Origin: Proteobacteria bacterium UBA2136
GTDB taxonomy: Bacteria > Pseudomonadota > Alphaproteobacteria > UBA2136
Assembly: GCA_002328405.1 (NCBI GenBank)
Contig: DCXM01000006.1
Span: forward strand, 711,837-775,836
Reading direction: 5' to 3'
DNA length: 64,000 bases
A program made the position numbers and the translations under genes. The notes below the pieces were generated by a model that was not told where the DNA came from, ran no database searches, and saw nothing but the letters and a program-made list of their open reading frames with translations. Below, piece by piece: positions 46,179 to 55,991 of this stretch; the first letter of the stretch is position 1, and each line of letters begins with the position of its first letter.

Positions 46179-46838
46179 ATGGTTGCAGGTTACCAAGGTG
46201 TGGATACATGGATTTTTGACTTAGACCGCACACTTTACACAGGTCCTTTTAAGTGGGAGCGTCGTGCTTTTGAAAACTTTTTTCAATATGTTGAAACGCA
46301 TTACGGTGTTTCAAAGGAAAAGGCGGCCGAGCTGGACAAGGTTTTCTCACAAAGAAGTTTTTATTTGAAAGGATGGCTGGAAGAACTGCCACAGTTTGAT
46401 ATTCAACATTGGTGGGATCAAATTGATCAAGTGGATGCGTCCGACGTGCCGGTTTGCACTTTAACTCAAAAGCGTTTGCATGACCTGCCGGGTAATAAAG
46501 TGCTTTTTACCAACGGTCACCCCAGCCATGCGGATAAATTTTTAAAGCACCTCGGGCTGGAAAACCACTTTGATGAAGTGATTGCCATTGACGAAAACGA
46601 CATTCGCCAAAACCGCTTTAAGCCCAACCCGGATATCTACCATGAGATTATTAAGAAGATGAAAACGACAGCGCAAAAGTGTGTGATGTTTGAAGATAAT
46701 CTCCACAACTTGGAAACAGCCCACAACCTTGGCATGGGAACTGTGTTGGTGAACCAGCCGGATTGTTACCGCCACTTGGATTATATCCATAATCAAAAAG
46801 ACACCTTTACCCAGTGGTTAGAAGAACATATGAAATAA
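46179..46838 (+). CDS. HAD-superfamily hydrolase, tandem paralog
   Basis: Motif I WIFDLDRTLY, later MFEDNLHNL. Same length class as the preceding gene. Confidence 0.7.
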   Translation: MVAGYQGVDTWIFDLDRTLYTGPFKWERRAFENFFQYVETHYGVSKEKAAELDKVFSQRSFYLKGWLEELPQFDIQHWWDQIDQVDASDVPVCTLTQKRLHDLPGNKVLFTNGHPSHADKFLKHLGLENHFDEVIAIDENDIRQNRFKPNPDIYHEIIKKMKTTAQKCVMFEDNLHNLETAHNLGMGTVLVNQPDCYRHLDYIHNQKDTFTQWLEEHMK

Positions 46839-46862
46839 AAAAAGCCCGCACTGCGGGCTTTT
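46836..46862. terminator. Bidirectional terminator between convergent genes
   Basis: A-run, then AGCCCGC-ACT-GCGGGCT, then a short T-run. The T-run is stronger on the minus strand. Confidence 0.65.
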
Positions 46863-46902
46863 GAATGTTTAACGTGTGGGGTGGTTAGCTTGCTTTGGTT
46901 AT

Positions 46903-47385
46903 TCAACGCCTGATGCCTTCTAACAATTGAACCGCCTGTTGTTTGCTTTGCGGCGTGTTTTGTTTTAACAAACGCTCCGCTTTAAAAACCATGGCTGGCC
47001 AATATTGGATTTTACACAAGGTTTCGACCCATTCATCTATCGGCCACTTTTTGTGAACGACGGTAATGTAAATGTCGGGCGGGTTGATGAGGTGTTGGTG
47101 TTTGATATCTCTGTGTTCAATTGGGATATCCTTGTAATAGAGTCGGTAGTCTCTATGCGCTACAAAAAGGGTTTTTATGGCGCTTAAATTACCGGCAAGC
47201 GCTTCTTTTTCGAGTGCTTCAAGAGATTTGGTTAAAGCTAAGCCTGCAAGGGCATTGTGTTTTTTCTTTGAAAGCAATGCGCTTTTGCTGCTTGCTTTGC
47301 GTTTAAGTTGTTTTTGGTGGACGTAATAGCCTGCAAAAAATGTCAAAACGACAATGGGTATTAAAATTAAAAAGTGAAGCTGCAT
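46903..47385 (-). CDS. Hypothetical membrane-anchored protein
   Basis: The start is set at ATG 47385 (MQLHFLILIPIVVLTFFAGYY), giving one N-terminal TM. Confidence 0.45.
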   Translation of the reverse strand: MQLHFLILIPIVVLTFFAGYYVHQKQLKRKASSKSALLSKKKHNALAGLALTKSLEALEKEALAGNLSAIKTLFVAHRDYRLYYKDIPIEHRDIKHQHLINPPDIYITVVHKKWPIDEWVETLCKIQYWPAMVFKAERLLKQNTPQSKQQAVQLLEGIRR

Positions 47386-47567
47386 AGGGGTAAAACCTCG
47401 CAAGATGGGAAATGTAAGGCTGATGATAAAGGTTTTGCCATGCATGTTCAAGTTTATTATGGCGATAATATCACACCGATGTTAGTGGTTATTAACGTGA
47501 ATGTGTTAAGTGGCAAATGTTTGTGTTAAATTGTGGGTAGTTCGTTAAAAATTAAAGAGGTTGTGCC

Positions 47568-48158
47568 ATGAGCTTAGGTGAAATGACAGATGGAAAATTG
47601 CGTATTTTGCGTGCGGTTTCAACATTGTTAGAGGACCCGTCAAACCGCATTACCATTAGTAAAATTGCAAAAACTGTCCATGTGACAGATGCGGCTATTT
47701 ACCGTCATTATAAATCTAAAGATGAGATCTTTTCTTCCCTTTTGGCTTATATGGAAACCAACCTCCTTGGTCCGCTTAACGCCGAACAGAGTGATAACCA
47801 CGAAACCGCGGTGCGGATGCACGAGGTGTTTAATCATTATATGGACTTCCTTGAAGGGCACCCAGGCCTTGCACGTCTTTATCTTGGTCACGGTGCGACA
47901 GAAGCATCAGGCGTGGCAGAACGTATTAAAATGTTGCATGCCAAAATGCGTTCACAAGTTGCACAAATTTTGCGCACAGGGCAAAGCCGAGGCCACTTGT
48001 TAGACGGCCTGTCGCCAGAACAGGGGACAGAAATTTTCTACGGCATGTTGGTTTCTGCTGCTATGGCGCAAGTTTATGGCTTCCCAATGGTTGAAGTGGA
48101 AGGTAGATGGGAAGCGTTTGCCGTTTCCACATTGGGGATCAAAGGGCATGCAGCTTAA
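47568..48158 (+). CDS. TetR-family transcriptional regulator
   Basis: HTH ITISKIAKTVHVTDAAIYRHYKSKDEIF. The overall layout is reminiscent of SlmA-type TetR proteins. Confidence 0.8.
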   Translation: MSLGEMTDGKLRILRAVSTLLEDPSNRITISKIAKTVHVTDAAIYRHYKSKDEIFSSLLAYMETNLLGPLNAEQSDNHETAVRMHEVFNHYMDFLEGHPGLARLYLGHGATEASGVAERIKMLHAKMRSQVAQILRTGQSRGHLLDGLSPEQGTEIFYGMLVSAAMAQVYGFPMVEVEGRWEAFAVSTLGIKGHAA

Positions 48159-48669
48159 AAAGTTTGCTTGTTTGCTGGTGGTGGCCTTTGCGCTGCTTGC
48201 TTGTGTGGAACAAAAATCGGAAGAGCACCCGCTTCTAGGCCAGAAAATGCCTTATCTTAAAATTCAAAACATGATGGGTGCGGTGACCCGTATGCAACCA
48301 CACGGCTTTGATAAACCAGCTTTAGTCAACTTGTGGGCAACATGGTGTAAGCCATGTATTAAGGAAATGCCAGCCTTAGAAGAGTTGGCCAGGCAAGGTG
48401 ATTACCGTGTCATCGCCATTTCCAATGATGCCAACAAACAAGTGGTCAGTAAATTTATTGCCGATGGTGACTATCAAAAAATTCAGTTTTTTTACGACGC
48501 TTTTGGCAAGCAGTCACGCAGTGGTTTGAACGCTCAAGGCCTGCCAATGACCTTTTTGGTGGACCGTGACGCCACCGTCCGCCATGTTTTTGTGGGCGAG
48601 GAGGACTGGTTGAGCGACGCCGAGGTTGTTAAAATTCTCAATAAGTACAAAGTGAAATACGATGATTAA
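48148..48669 (+). CDS. TlpA/ResA-like thiol:disulfide oxidoreductase lipoprotein
   Basis: ATG 48148 overlaps the end of the TetR gene. Lipobox LLAC. Thioredoxin motif WATWCKPC. Confidence 0.8.
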   Translation: MQLKKFACLLVVAFALLACVEQKSEEHPLLGQKMPYLKIQNMMGAVTRMQPHGFDKPALVNLWATWCKPCIKEMPALEELARQGDYRVIAISNDANKQVVSKFIADGDYQKIQFFYDAFGKQSRSGLNAQGLPMTFLVDRDATVRHVFVGEEDWLSDAEVVKILNKYKVKYDD

Positions 48670-48883
48670 ACTGTTTTTTATCATCATCGGTTTGTTGGCA
48701 ATTTTGTGTGCTTTGTTACGTTTTTTTATAGGGCATGGCCCAAAGTTGAGTGCAAAAAACAAGCAAACTGACAGTGAGATCGCGCTTGAAAAATGCCCTT
48801 ATTGTGGTGATTATGTGCCACAACAACCGGACTTTGAAGCTGGGCAATGTGAAATATGCGCTAAAAAACGTGGCGATAGCTAG
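48662..48883 (+). CDS. Small membrane protein with C-terminal zinc-ribbon (CPYC...CEIC)
   Basis: N-terminal TM LFFIIIGLLAILCALL, then CPYCGDYVPQQPDFEAGQCEICAKK. Overlaps the upstream stop. Confidence 0.55.
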   Translation: MIKLFFIIIGLLAILCALLRFFIGHGPKLSAKNKQTDSEIALEKCPYCGDYVPQQPDFEAGQCEICAKKRGDS

Positions 48884-48955
48884 ATCAAAGCCTTTTTTAT
48901 CTTTACATTCTGATTGTTTGAGTTACCTTATTTGTAATCAAAACCATAAGAAGTT

Positions 48956-49672
48956 ATGAAAAAAATGCTAAAAAGAACAATCTACTTGCTGGCCCTTGCT
49001 GTGGCTGTGTCTACAACGTCTCCTGCTTTGGCTGTGAATGACCCGATAGAGCCTGTCAACCGTGCGGTGATGAAGTTTAACGACCAAGTCGATAAATACC
49101 TACTTAAGCCACTTGCCAAAGGGTATGATGCGGTGATGCCAGAATTTGCACAAGCCGGTGTGGGTAACTTCTTCAGCAACCTTAAATATCCTGTGGTTGT
49201 TGCCAACCAGTTTTTGCAAGGTAAGGTTAAAGACGGTTTTCAGGATACCACTAGATTCCTCATCAACACCACCTTTGGCGTGGCTGGAGTGATGGACGTG
49301 GCCAAGCATTTTGGCTTAAAAGAAAACAAAGAAGACTTTGGTCAAACATTGGGCGTGTGGGGCGTGGGTTCAGGGCCTTATGTTGTGTTGCCATTGTTAG
49401 GTCCGGCCACCACAAGGGGCGTTGTGGGACGCTTTGCGGATTACCACGTTGACCCCATGAATTCCGACTATTTTGATGACCGTGACGCGACTCAAAACCA
49501 AATGCGCGCGTTGGATATCATCCACACCCGTGCCCAACTTTTAAAAGTGGAACGTTTGGTTTCGGGTGACCGTTATGTGTTTGTGCGTGATGCTTACTTA
49601 CAAAAAAGACAAGACCTGATCAACGATGGTCGCTATGATACCAATAGTGACCCTTTTTTGGACGGGGAATAA
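48956..49672 (+). CDS. mlaA: MlaA/VacJ-family outer-membrane lipoprotein
   Basis: NDPIEPVNRAVMKFNDQVDKYLLKPLAKGY and LGVWGVGSGPYVVLPLLGP motifs. Confidence 0.85.
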   Translation: MKKMLKRTIYLLALAVAVSTTSPALAVNDPIEPVNRAVMKFNDQVDKYLLKPLAKGYDAVMPEFAQAGVGNFFSNLKYPVVVANQFLQGKVKDGFQDTTRFLINTTFGVAGVMDVAKHFGLKENKEDFGQTLGVWGVGSGPYVVLPLLGPATTRGVVGRFADYHVDPMNSDYFDDRDATQNQMRALDIIHTRAQLLKVERLVSGDRYVFVRDAYLQKRQDLINDGRYDTNSDPFLDGE

Positions 49673-49707
49673 TCGAAATAATCAATTGATCTAAAGGGGT
49701 TACGGGC

Positions 49708-52149
49708 TTGAAAGGCTTTATTTTTAACATTTACAGACGTTGCATTCAGCAGTCATTGGTCATGTTTATGGTCATTATTGCGCTGTGTACCTTAGCAGGT
49801 TACTTCACCAAGCAGTTCACTTTTGATGCCTCGGCAGATACCTTGGTGGCTGAATCCGACCCCGACCTTTTGTACTACCGTAAAATTGTCAATTACTTTG
49901 GCGAGGAGGACTTTTTGTTCCTTACCTACAAACCCATTTATGATGACCTACTTTCTAAAGAGGCAATTGAAAAGATTGACCTGTTAAGTCGCCAATTGCG
50001 TGAAATTGAAGGTGTTGCAGGGGTGGATTCTGTGGTGGATGCGCCATTGCTTAAAAGCCCGCCCATTCCACTGTCTGAATTGGCAACAGGGTTTAGAACC
50101 TTAAAGTCAGAAGATGTGAATCTAAAAATGGCCCATCAGGAGCTGACAACAAGCCCACTTTTTAAAAACTTACTGATTTCCGATGATGGTAAAACAACGC
50201 TGATCCGGATCCGCTTGGAAGAAGACGAAGAGCTGAGAACTTTGATCAAACAGCGTGACCTTTTACGCCTAAAACCCAATAAAAGCGACGATGATTACGC
50301 CCAGCTTAAAAAAGTGGAATCGGCCTACCGGGTAGCGAAGGAAAACTTTGTCCGATCTCGTGATGTGGTTTTAGAAGAGGTACGTGAAATCCGTGACGAC
50401 CTGAAAAAAGAAGCAGTGGTGCACCTGGGTGGCGTCACCCTTGTTGCGTCGGACATGATACGCTATGTGAAAAGTGATATCACCACCTTTGGTGCCAGTG
50501 TCCTCGGTTTGATTATCTTGGTGCTTTTTGCCTTCTTTAGGCGTTTGCGTTGGGTGTTTATCCCCATTGCAACCACAGCTATCACCATTTTAATCACGGT
50601 GGGTATCTTAGGATTTATCCGCCAACCAGCCACGGTTATTTCGTCAAACTTTGTGTCGTTGCTTTCCATTACCACCATTTCCTTTACCATTCACTTGATC
50701 AATAAATATCATGAGTTGATCCGGAAATATAAAAACGCTCCACATGAAGAAATTATTGTGCGCACCATGCGCGAAAAGGTGGAGCCATGTTTGTACACCT
50801 CGCTTACCACAATGGTTGCGTTTGGTTCATTGATGACCAGTGATATCATCCCTGTGATCGACTTTGGTTGGATTATGTGCTTGGGTGTGATGGTGGCATT
50901 TTTCGTGACATACAGCTTCTTTGCAGTGGCGCTGATGCTGATTCCTAAGGGGACGCCCACCAATTCGCTGGACACCACACCAAAAGCCATCCGCTTACTG
51001 TGTAAATATACGATTGACCACACCCAACAAATTATCAAGTTTACCTTTGGTATTGGTTTAATTTCTGTTGTGGGTATGGCACTGTTAAGCTTGGACAGCC
51101 GCTTTATTGACTATTTCAAAAAAGGTACCGAAATTAACGAAGGTCTCGTCTTTATTGATAAAAACTTTGGCGGTACCATTCCTTTGGATATTGTCATCAA
51201 GTTCCCACCTTATGTCGCACCTATTCAGGACATTGAAAGTGACTTTTTCAGCGATGAGGAGGACCTATATCCCGAGCGTTACTGGTTCACACCTGATAAA
51301 ATTGAAGTGCTCAATAAAATGCAAAACTACCTTGATACAAGGCCAGAGGTTGGTAAAGTTGTTTCACTGGCAACGCTTGAAAGTGTCGCCCGTAACTTCA
51401 ATGAAGGTCAACCGCTGGGTGCGGTGGAATTGGTATCCACACTGTCCTTGGTGCCAGAATCTATCCGTAAGGACTTGATTGAACCTTATGCTGCACCAGA
51501 CCAAGGCTTGATGCGTATCACCACTAGAATTCATGAAACAGGTGAGCCATTTTCCCGTGATGAATTGATTCAAGACATCAAAGATTACGCTGTGGAAGAA
51601 TTGAACATTGCACCGGAAGACATCCACGTGACGGGGATGACAGTGCTCTTCAACGGCATGCTGAAAAAGCTGTTTTCTTCACAGGCTTCTACTTTGTTAT
51701 TTGTTATTGGCGCCACCTTCTTAATGTTTTGGATTCTGCTCCGTTCGGCGCGTTTGGCCATCATTGGCCTCATTCCTAACATTTTGGCGGCCATGGTTAT
51801 TTTGGCCATCATGGGCTTTGCTGGTATTCCGCTGGATATGATGACCATCACCATTGCGGCCATTATTGTCGGCATTGGGGTGGATGATGCCATTCATTAC
51901 CTTTACCGCTTTAAGGCAGAATTTAAAGAAACTGCGGACGTTAAGCTGTCCGTTAAAAACAGCCACGACACCATTGGTAGTGCTTTATACTTCACCTCCA
52001 TCACGGTGGTGATTGGTTTTTCAGTTTTAGCATTTTCAAACTTTATTCCAACGGTGTATTTTGGTATTTTAACAGCCATTGCCATGATTTTAGCATTGCT
52101 GGCAAATTTAACAATTTTACCAAGCTTGCTTGTTAAATATTATAAATAA
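49708..52149 (+). CDS. RND-superfamily MMPL-type exporter (COG1033 / HpnN-like)
   Basis: 813 aa with two 6-TM bundles, each preceded by a large soluble loop. TTG start. Confidence 0.75.
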   Translation: MKGFIFNIYRRCIQQSLVMFMVIIALCTLAGYFTKQFTFDASADTLVAESDPDLLYYRKIVNYFGEEDFLFLTYKPIYDDLLSKEAIEKIDLLSRQLREIEGVAGVDSVVDAPLLKSPPIPLSELATGFRTLKSEDVNLKMAHQELTTSPLFKNLLISDDGKTTLIRIRLEEDEELRTLIKQRDLLRLKPNKSDDDYAQLKKVESAYRVAKENFVRSRDVVLEEVREIRDDLKKEAVVHLGGVTLVASDMIRYVKSDITTFGASVLGLIILVLFAFFRRLRWVFIPIATTAITILITVGILGFIRQPATVISSNFVSLLSITTISFTIHLINKYHELIRKYKNAPHEEIIVRTMREKVEPCLYTSLTTMVAFGSLMTSDIIPVIDFGWIMCLGVMVAFFVTYSFFAVALMLIPKGTPTNSLDTTPKAIRLLCKYTIDHTQQIIKFTFGIGLISVVGMALLSLDSRFIDYFKKGTEINEGLVFIDKNFGGTIPLDIVIKFPPYVAPIQDIESDFFSDEEDLYPERYWFTPDKIEVLNKMQNYLDTRPEVGKVVSLATLESVARNFNEGQPLGAVELVSTLSLVPESIRKDLIEPYAAPDQGLMRITTRIHETGEPFSRDELIQDIKDYAVEELNIAPEDIHVTGMTVLFNGMLKKLFSSQASTLLFVIGATFLMFWILLRSARLAIIGLIPNILAAMVILAIMGFAGIPLDMMTITIAAIIVGIGVDDAIHYLYRFKAEFKETADVKLSVKNSHDTIGSALYFTSITVVIGFSVLAFSNFIPTVYFGILTAIAMILALLANLTILPSLLVKYYK

Positions 52150-52156
52150 AGGAACA

Positions 52157-52795
52157 ATGATGTTTAAATTTATGAAGTTATGGTCGCTTTTTGTGCTCCT
52201 TGCATTCAGCGCCACATCTGCGATCAGTCAAGAAAATGACCCGGTGTCTGTTGTGAAAACGTCCATTGATAAGGTGATGTTGTCAATTGATGTGAACCGC
52301 GACTCGTTTGATCAAAACCCGGATGTGTTAACCAATGAGATGATTGTGATTTTAGACCCTGTGGTGGCGTTTGATTCTATCGCCTCTGGTGTGATGGGTC
52401 GCTACCGCAAAGATGCAAGTGATGAGCAGATTGAAAAATTTGCTAAAACCTTTAAAAAGACAATGGTTAAGCTTTACGCCAAAGCGCTTATTTCATTCGA
52501 GTCCAAAAGCATTGAAGTGTTAGAGCCATCGGCAGAAGATATTAGCCCTAAAAAAGCCAAAATTGTCAGCCATGTTACCGCCGAAAATGGCACGGTTTAC
52601 AAGGTTATTTACTCCATGCGCAAAAGCAAAGAAGGTGTCTGGCAGGCCCGTAATATGATTGTCGACGGCATCAACCTAGGCCTGACATATGTCAACCAGT
52701 TTGACAGTGCGATGAACCGTTACGGCGGAGACATTGACTTGGTGATCAACTCTTGGCAGTCGGACCTTGATCAGTCGGATGTGGGTGGTCGGTAA
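52157..52795 (+). CDS. MlaC / Ttg2D-family periplasmic lipid-binding protein
   Basis: Signal peptide, then a pattern colinear with E. coli MlaC as recalled (VAFDSIASGVMGRYRKDASDEQIEKFAKTFKKTMVKLY ... VWQARNMIVDGINLGLTYVNQF). Confidence 0.75.
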   Translation: MMFKFMKLWSLFVLLAFSATSAISQENDPVSVVKTSIDKVMLSIDVNRDSFDQNPDVLTNEMIVILDPVVAFDSIASGVMGRYRKDASDEQIEKFAKTFKKTMVKLYAKALISFESKSIEVLEPSAEDISPKKAKIVSHVTAENGTVYKVIYSMRKSKEGVWQARNMIVDGINLGLTYVNQFDSAMNRYGGDIDLVINSWQSDLDQSDVGGR

Positions 52796-52808
52796 TCCAT
52801 CTCTTAAA

Positions 52809-52837
52809 TAAAAAAACACCCTTTCGGGTGTTTTTTT
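52809..52837. terminator. Bidirectional rho-independent terminator
   Basis: A-run, then CACCC-TTTC-GGGTG, then T7. The tyrS stop lies within the T-run. Confidence 0.8.
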
Positions 52838-54107
52838 ATTTGCCTAACTCCAGCATGAACCAATGCTTTTTACCTTTTTTGATCACATGAACACCGTGTA
52901 AGGTGTTGCTGGCATCAAGGCTGTGCTCAAAGTCGGTTGTTTTGTCGCCATTTAAAGCAATGGCGTTGCCTTTAATCAGCTTACGACCTTCATTGTTGGA
53001 AGGGGCAATTTCAGCCTCAACCAACCCTTGTAGCAAGGTGCAGCTGCTTTGTGACAACTTTTTGTAAGGCATGCCATCTTGCTTAAGTTGAGCAATGTCC
53101 GCACTATCTAAGTCGCTTAGGTTGCCTTTAAATAGGGCATGGGTAATACGCTGGGCAGACTCTAATGCCTCAGCGCCGTGCACCAATTCTGTCATGGCAT
53201 TGGCCAATGCTTTTTGACCATGTCTTAAGTGTGGTTCGCCCTGCTGTTTGGCCATAATTCCCATGATCACTTCTGGTGATAAGAACGTGAAGAGTTTAAG
53301 GTATTCTTCCACCTTACTGTCTTCAACGTTCAACCAAAACTGATAAAATGCATAAGGCGATGTTTTGTTGGCCGAAAGCCAAACTGCGCCAGACTCGGTC
53401 TTACCAAACTTTGTGCCATCCGATTTTGTAACAAGTGGTAGTGTTAAAGCGTGCACTTGGTTGTTGTTCATGCGGCGGGTTAGCTCTACACCGCTGATGA
53501 TGTTGCCCCACTGGTCAGAACCACCAATTTGCAGGGTGCAGTTGTGCTGTTCGTTCAGCACTTTATAGTCCAAACCTTGCAGCAAAGTGTAGCTAAATTC
53601 TGTAAAGGAAATGCCTTGGTCTTCACGGCTTAAGCGTTGTTTTACACTCTCACGGTTCATCATCATATTGACACTAAAATGTTTGCCGATATCTCTTAAA
53701 AACTCAATCACATTGAGGGACGATGTCCAGTCGTAATTGTTAACCGCAAGGGCCGAGGTTTCACTGTCATCAAAGCGGACAAATTGGCTGGTTTGCTGCT
53801 GGAGCTTTTCGGTCCATTCTTGTACGGTTTGTGCGGTGTTGAGGGATCTTTCTGTGGCTTTAAAGCTGGGGTCACCAATCATGCCGGTGGCACCGCCGAC
53901 CAACACCACAGGTCGGTGGCCATAATCTTGAAAACGTTTCAGCATTAAAAGGGGTACAAGGTGGCCAACGTGCAAGCTGTCTGCTGTGGGGTCAAAGCCT
54001 GAATAAACGGTGCAAACGCCGCTGTCTAAGTGTTGTTTAAGGGACTCTAAATCGGTGCTTTGATTGATAAGCCCGCGCCACTGTAAATCTTCAATTAAAT
54101 TCATCAT
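52836..54107 (-). CDS. tyrS: Tyrosine--tRNA ligase
   Basis: HIGH-type LHVGHLVPL, KMSKS-type KFGKTESG, C-terminal S4-like domain. Confidence 0.95.
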   Translation of the reverse strand: MMNLIEDLQWRGLINQSTDLESLKQHLDSGVCTVYSGFDPTADSLHVGHLVPLLMLKRFQDYGHRPVVLVGGATGMIGDPSFKATERSLNTAQTVQEWTEKLQQQTSQFVRFDDSETSALAVNNYDWTSSLNVIEFLRDIGKHFSVNMMMNRESVKQRLSREDQGISFTEFSYTLLQGLDYKVLNEQHNCTLQIGGSDQWGNIISGVELTRRMNNNQVHALTLPLVTKSDGTKFGKTESGAVWLSANKTSPYAFYQFWLNVEDSKVEEYLKLFTFLSPEVIMGIMAKQQGEPHLRHGQKALANAMTELVHGAEALESAQRITHALFKGNLSDLDSADIAQLKQDGMPYKKLSQSSCTLLQGLVEAEIAPSNNEGRKLIKGNAIALNGDKTTDFEHSLDASNTLHGVHVIKKGKKHWFMLELGK

Positions 54108-54215
54108 TTCACCTCTTTTATTGCCCCAAGAATTTAGCAGAATTGAAGGCGAATAGCAACGTATTGAGGCTTATGTAACTATATTTTTTATAAGCGCTTT
54201 TGAGGGGGATAAATG

Positions 54216-54815
54216 TCAGTTTTTGAGTGACGCTTTGTGGTGCATGCTTAAAAGGGTGTTACCAAAGGTTTTAAGCCAGCGCTCGGCCTTGGCGTAATGT
54301 GGGTCATTTTGGGCGACCAGTTGCCAAAAACGGTTGGAATGGTTCATATGCGTCAGGTGGCAAAGCTCGTGCACCACCACATATTCAATCACAAATTCGG
54401 GCGCAAAATAAAGCATGAGGTTGATGTTCATGTTTTGTTTGGATGAAAGGCTGCCCCAGCGTGAAGTCATATTTTTAATTTTTAATTGCTTGGGCGCGCC
54501 TAATGTATTGTGGTGTTTGGCAATGTAGCGTTTAACAATTTTCTTCAGTTGGCATTTGGCTTCTAGCCAACCTTCTGTGGTTGTGGGGATGGCGGTTCGT
54601 GGTTCAAAACTTGCTGTTTTTTGCTGCAGAAGGTTCAGCTGTGTTTGCGCCCAAGCCTGTTTTTCGGCCATAAATTTGTGGCCATAATCTTCTTTTAAAT
54701 GCGGGGGTATGACCACTTCAAAAAGGCCATTTTTAAATGTGATACGGCCATACTTACAGCGGCTACTGACACGGATGCTGTATGGGATTTGGCTTTCTGG
54801 CGTGGTGTGTATCAT
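54216..54815 (-). CDS. M48-family metal-dependent hydrolase (YgjP / DUF45-like)
   Basis: HELCHLTHMNHSNRFW zinc-binding signature. Confidence 0.75.
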   Translation of the reverse strand: MIHTTPESQIPYSIRVSSRCKYGRITFKNGLFEVVIPPHLKEDYGHKFMAEKQAWAQTQLNLLQQKTASFEPRTAIPTTTEGWLEAKCQLKKIVKRYIAKHHNTLGAPKQLKIKNMTSRWGSLSSKQNMNINLMLYFAPEFVIEYVVVHELCHLTHMNHSNRFWQLVAQNDPHYAKAERWLKTFGNTLLSMHHKASLKN

Positions 54816-54851
54816 GGTTGTTAATTTAGCATTGCCACCGTGTAAAAGCCA

Positions 54852-54880
54852 ATAAAAAACACCCTTTGTTCAAGGGTGTT
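54852..54880 (-). terminator. Rho-independent terminator of the Sel1-repeat gene
   Basis: Minus strand: CACCCTT-GAACA-AAGGGTG followed by a T-run. Confidence 0.7.
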
Positions 54881-54897
54881 TGCTTTGCGATTGGGGG

Positions 54898-55770
54898 TTA
54901 ATTCAAGCGGTGTAAGCTTGCGATGAGGTTTTGTTGTTGCGCTGTGCGGCGCTGCATAAGTTCCAGTTCCACCTCCTTTTGGTAACCTTCGCCGCAGTTG
55001 GCCAACCATTGGTTGACAAGAGGTGGTGCTTCTTTTTGGGAGAATTTATAATAAATGCAAGCCTTTGCCATGTTTTGGCTGATATGCTTGCCAGTTAGGT
55101 AGCAAAGGGCCAGTTGCTGGCATGCTAAAAGGTGGCTTTTTTCCGCCGCTTTGTGCAGTAACGCAAGTTCGGGTATTTGCTTACTTTCCAGTTGGGCATT
55201 AAACAGGGCGTACATGGCTTTGGCATTGCCTTTTTCTGCCGACTTTTCAAGAAACGCCATAAAGTTTTGGTTTTTTTGTTTGTCGGGGAAAAGCTTATGA
55301 TAAGCGCAGTGTCCCAAGGCGTAGTCTCCTTCGGCACTGCCGTGGTTGGCGGAAATTTCGGCCAGCTGAATAGCTGTTAAAACGTCCTCATCACAAGTGG
55401 CGTTTGTTAAGATTTTTTGGCTGACTAAGCCTTGTGCATCGCTGTGTCCAGCGTGACTTGCCAGTTCAATAAGACTATGTCCTTTTTGAGGGTCTTGTGC
55501 CACAACAACGCCGTGGAGGTGAAGCTTGCCAAGGGCAAAAAGGGCGCCTGCGTGGCTGCCACAAGCCGCTCTTTGTAAAAAGGCGATACCTTTTGAAGCT
55601 GCTTCAACGTTGGTTTTGCCTTGCTCTGTCATGCAGTTTTTTAAGTGCGCAAACGCCAAATGGTAACAGGCGTCATAGTCGCCTTTTAGGGAGCGGTTGG
55701 TTAAGGTGTGGAGCGCGCGGGGGCGCTTGGCCACAATGTCTTTAAATAATTGAGAATTTGACTTCTTCAT
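54898..55770 (-). CDS. Sel1-repeat (SLR/TPR-like) protein
   Basis: Repeated A..G...A...LG..Y..G units (GSHAGALFALGKLHLHG, GHSDAQGLV, GSAEGDYALGHCAY, GNAKAMYAL). Confidence 0.7.
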   Translation of the reverse strand: MKKSNSQLFKDIVAKRPRALHTLTNRSLKGDYDACYHLAFAHLKNCMTEQGKTNVEAASKGIAFLQRAACGSHAGALFALGKLHLHGVVVAQDPQKGHSLIELASHAGHSDAQGLVSQKILTNATCDEDVLTAIQLAEISANHGSAEGDYALGHCAYHKLFPDKQKNQNFMAFLEKSAEKGNAKAMYALFNAQLESKQIPELALLHKAAEKSHLLACQQLALCYLTGKHISQNMAKACIYYKFSQKEAPPLVNQWLANCGEGYQKEVELELMQRRTAQQQNLIASLHRLN

Positions 55771-55991
55771 GGTGTCACCTTCAAAAAATGTCAGGAATAG
55801 GGGGTGGATGTCCGATGCGTAAATTGCGCATCAAAAGTGAAAAATGACGCATAAATGTGCATCAATACGCATTTTATGCATCTATCATATTTTTGAGTTG
55901 TGAAACTTAAAAACTGGAAAGAAGATTTTTAAAAGATGACTTATCGTATCACTTTTTATGTGTAATTGTCAATTTTTTGATAAAAAAGCCC

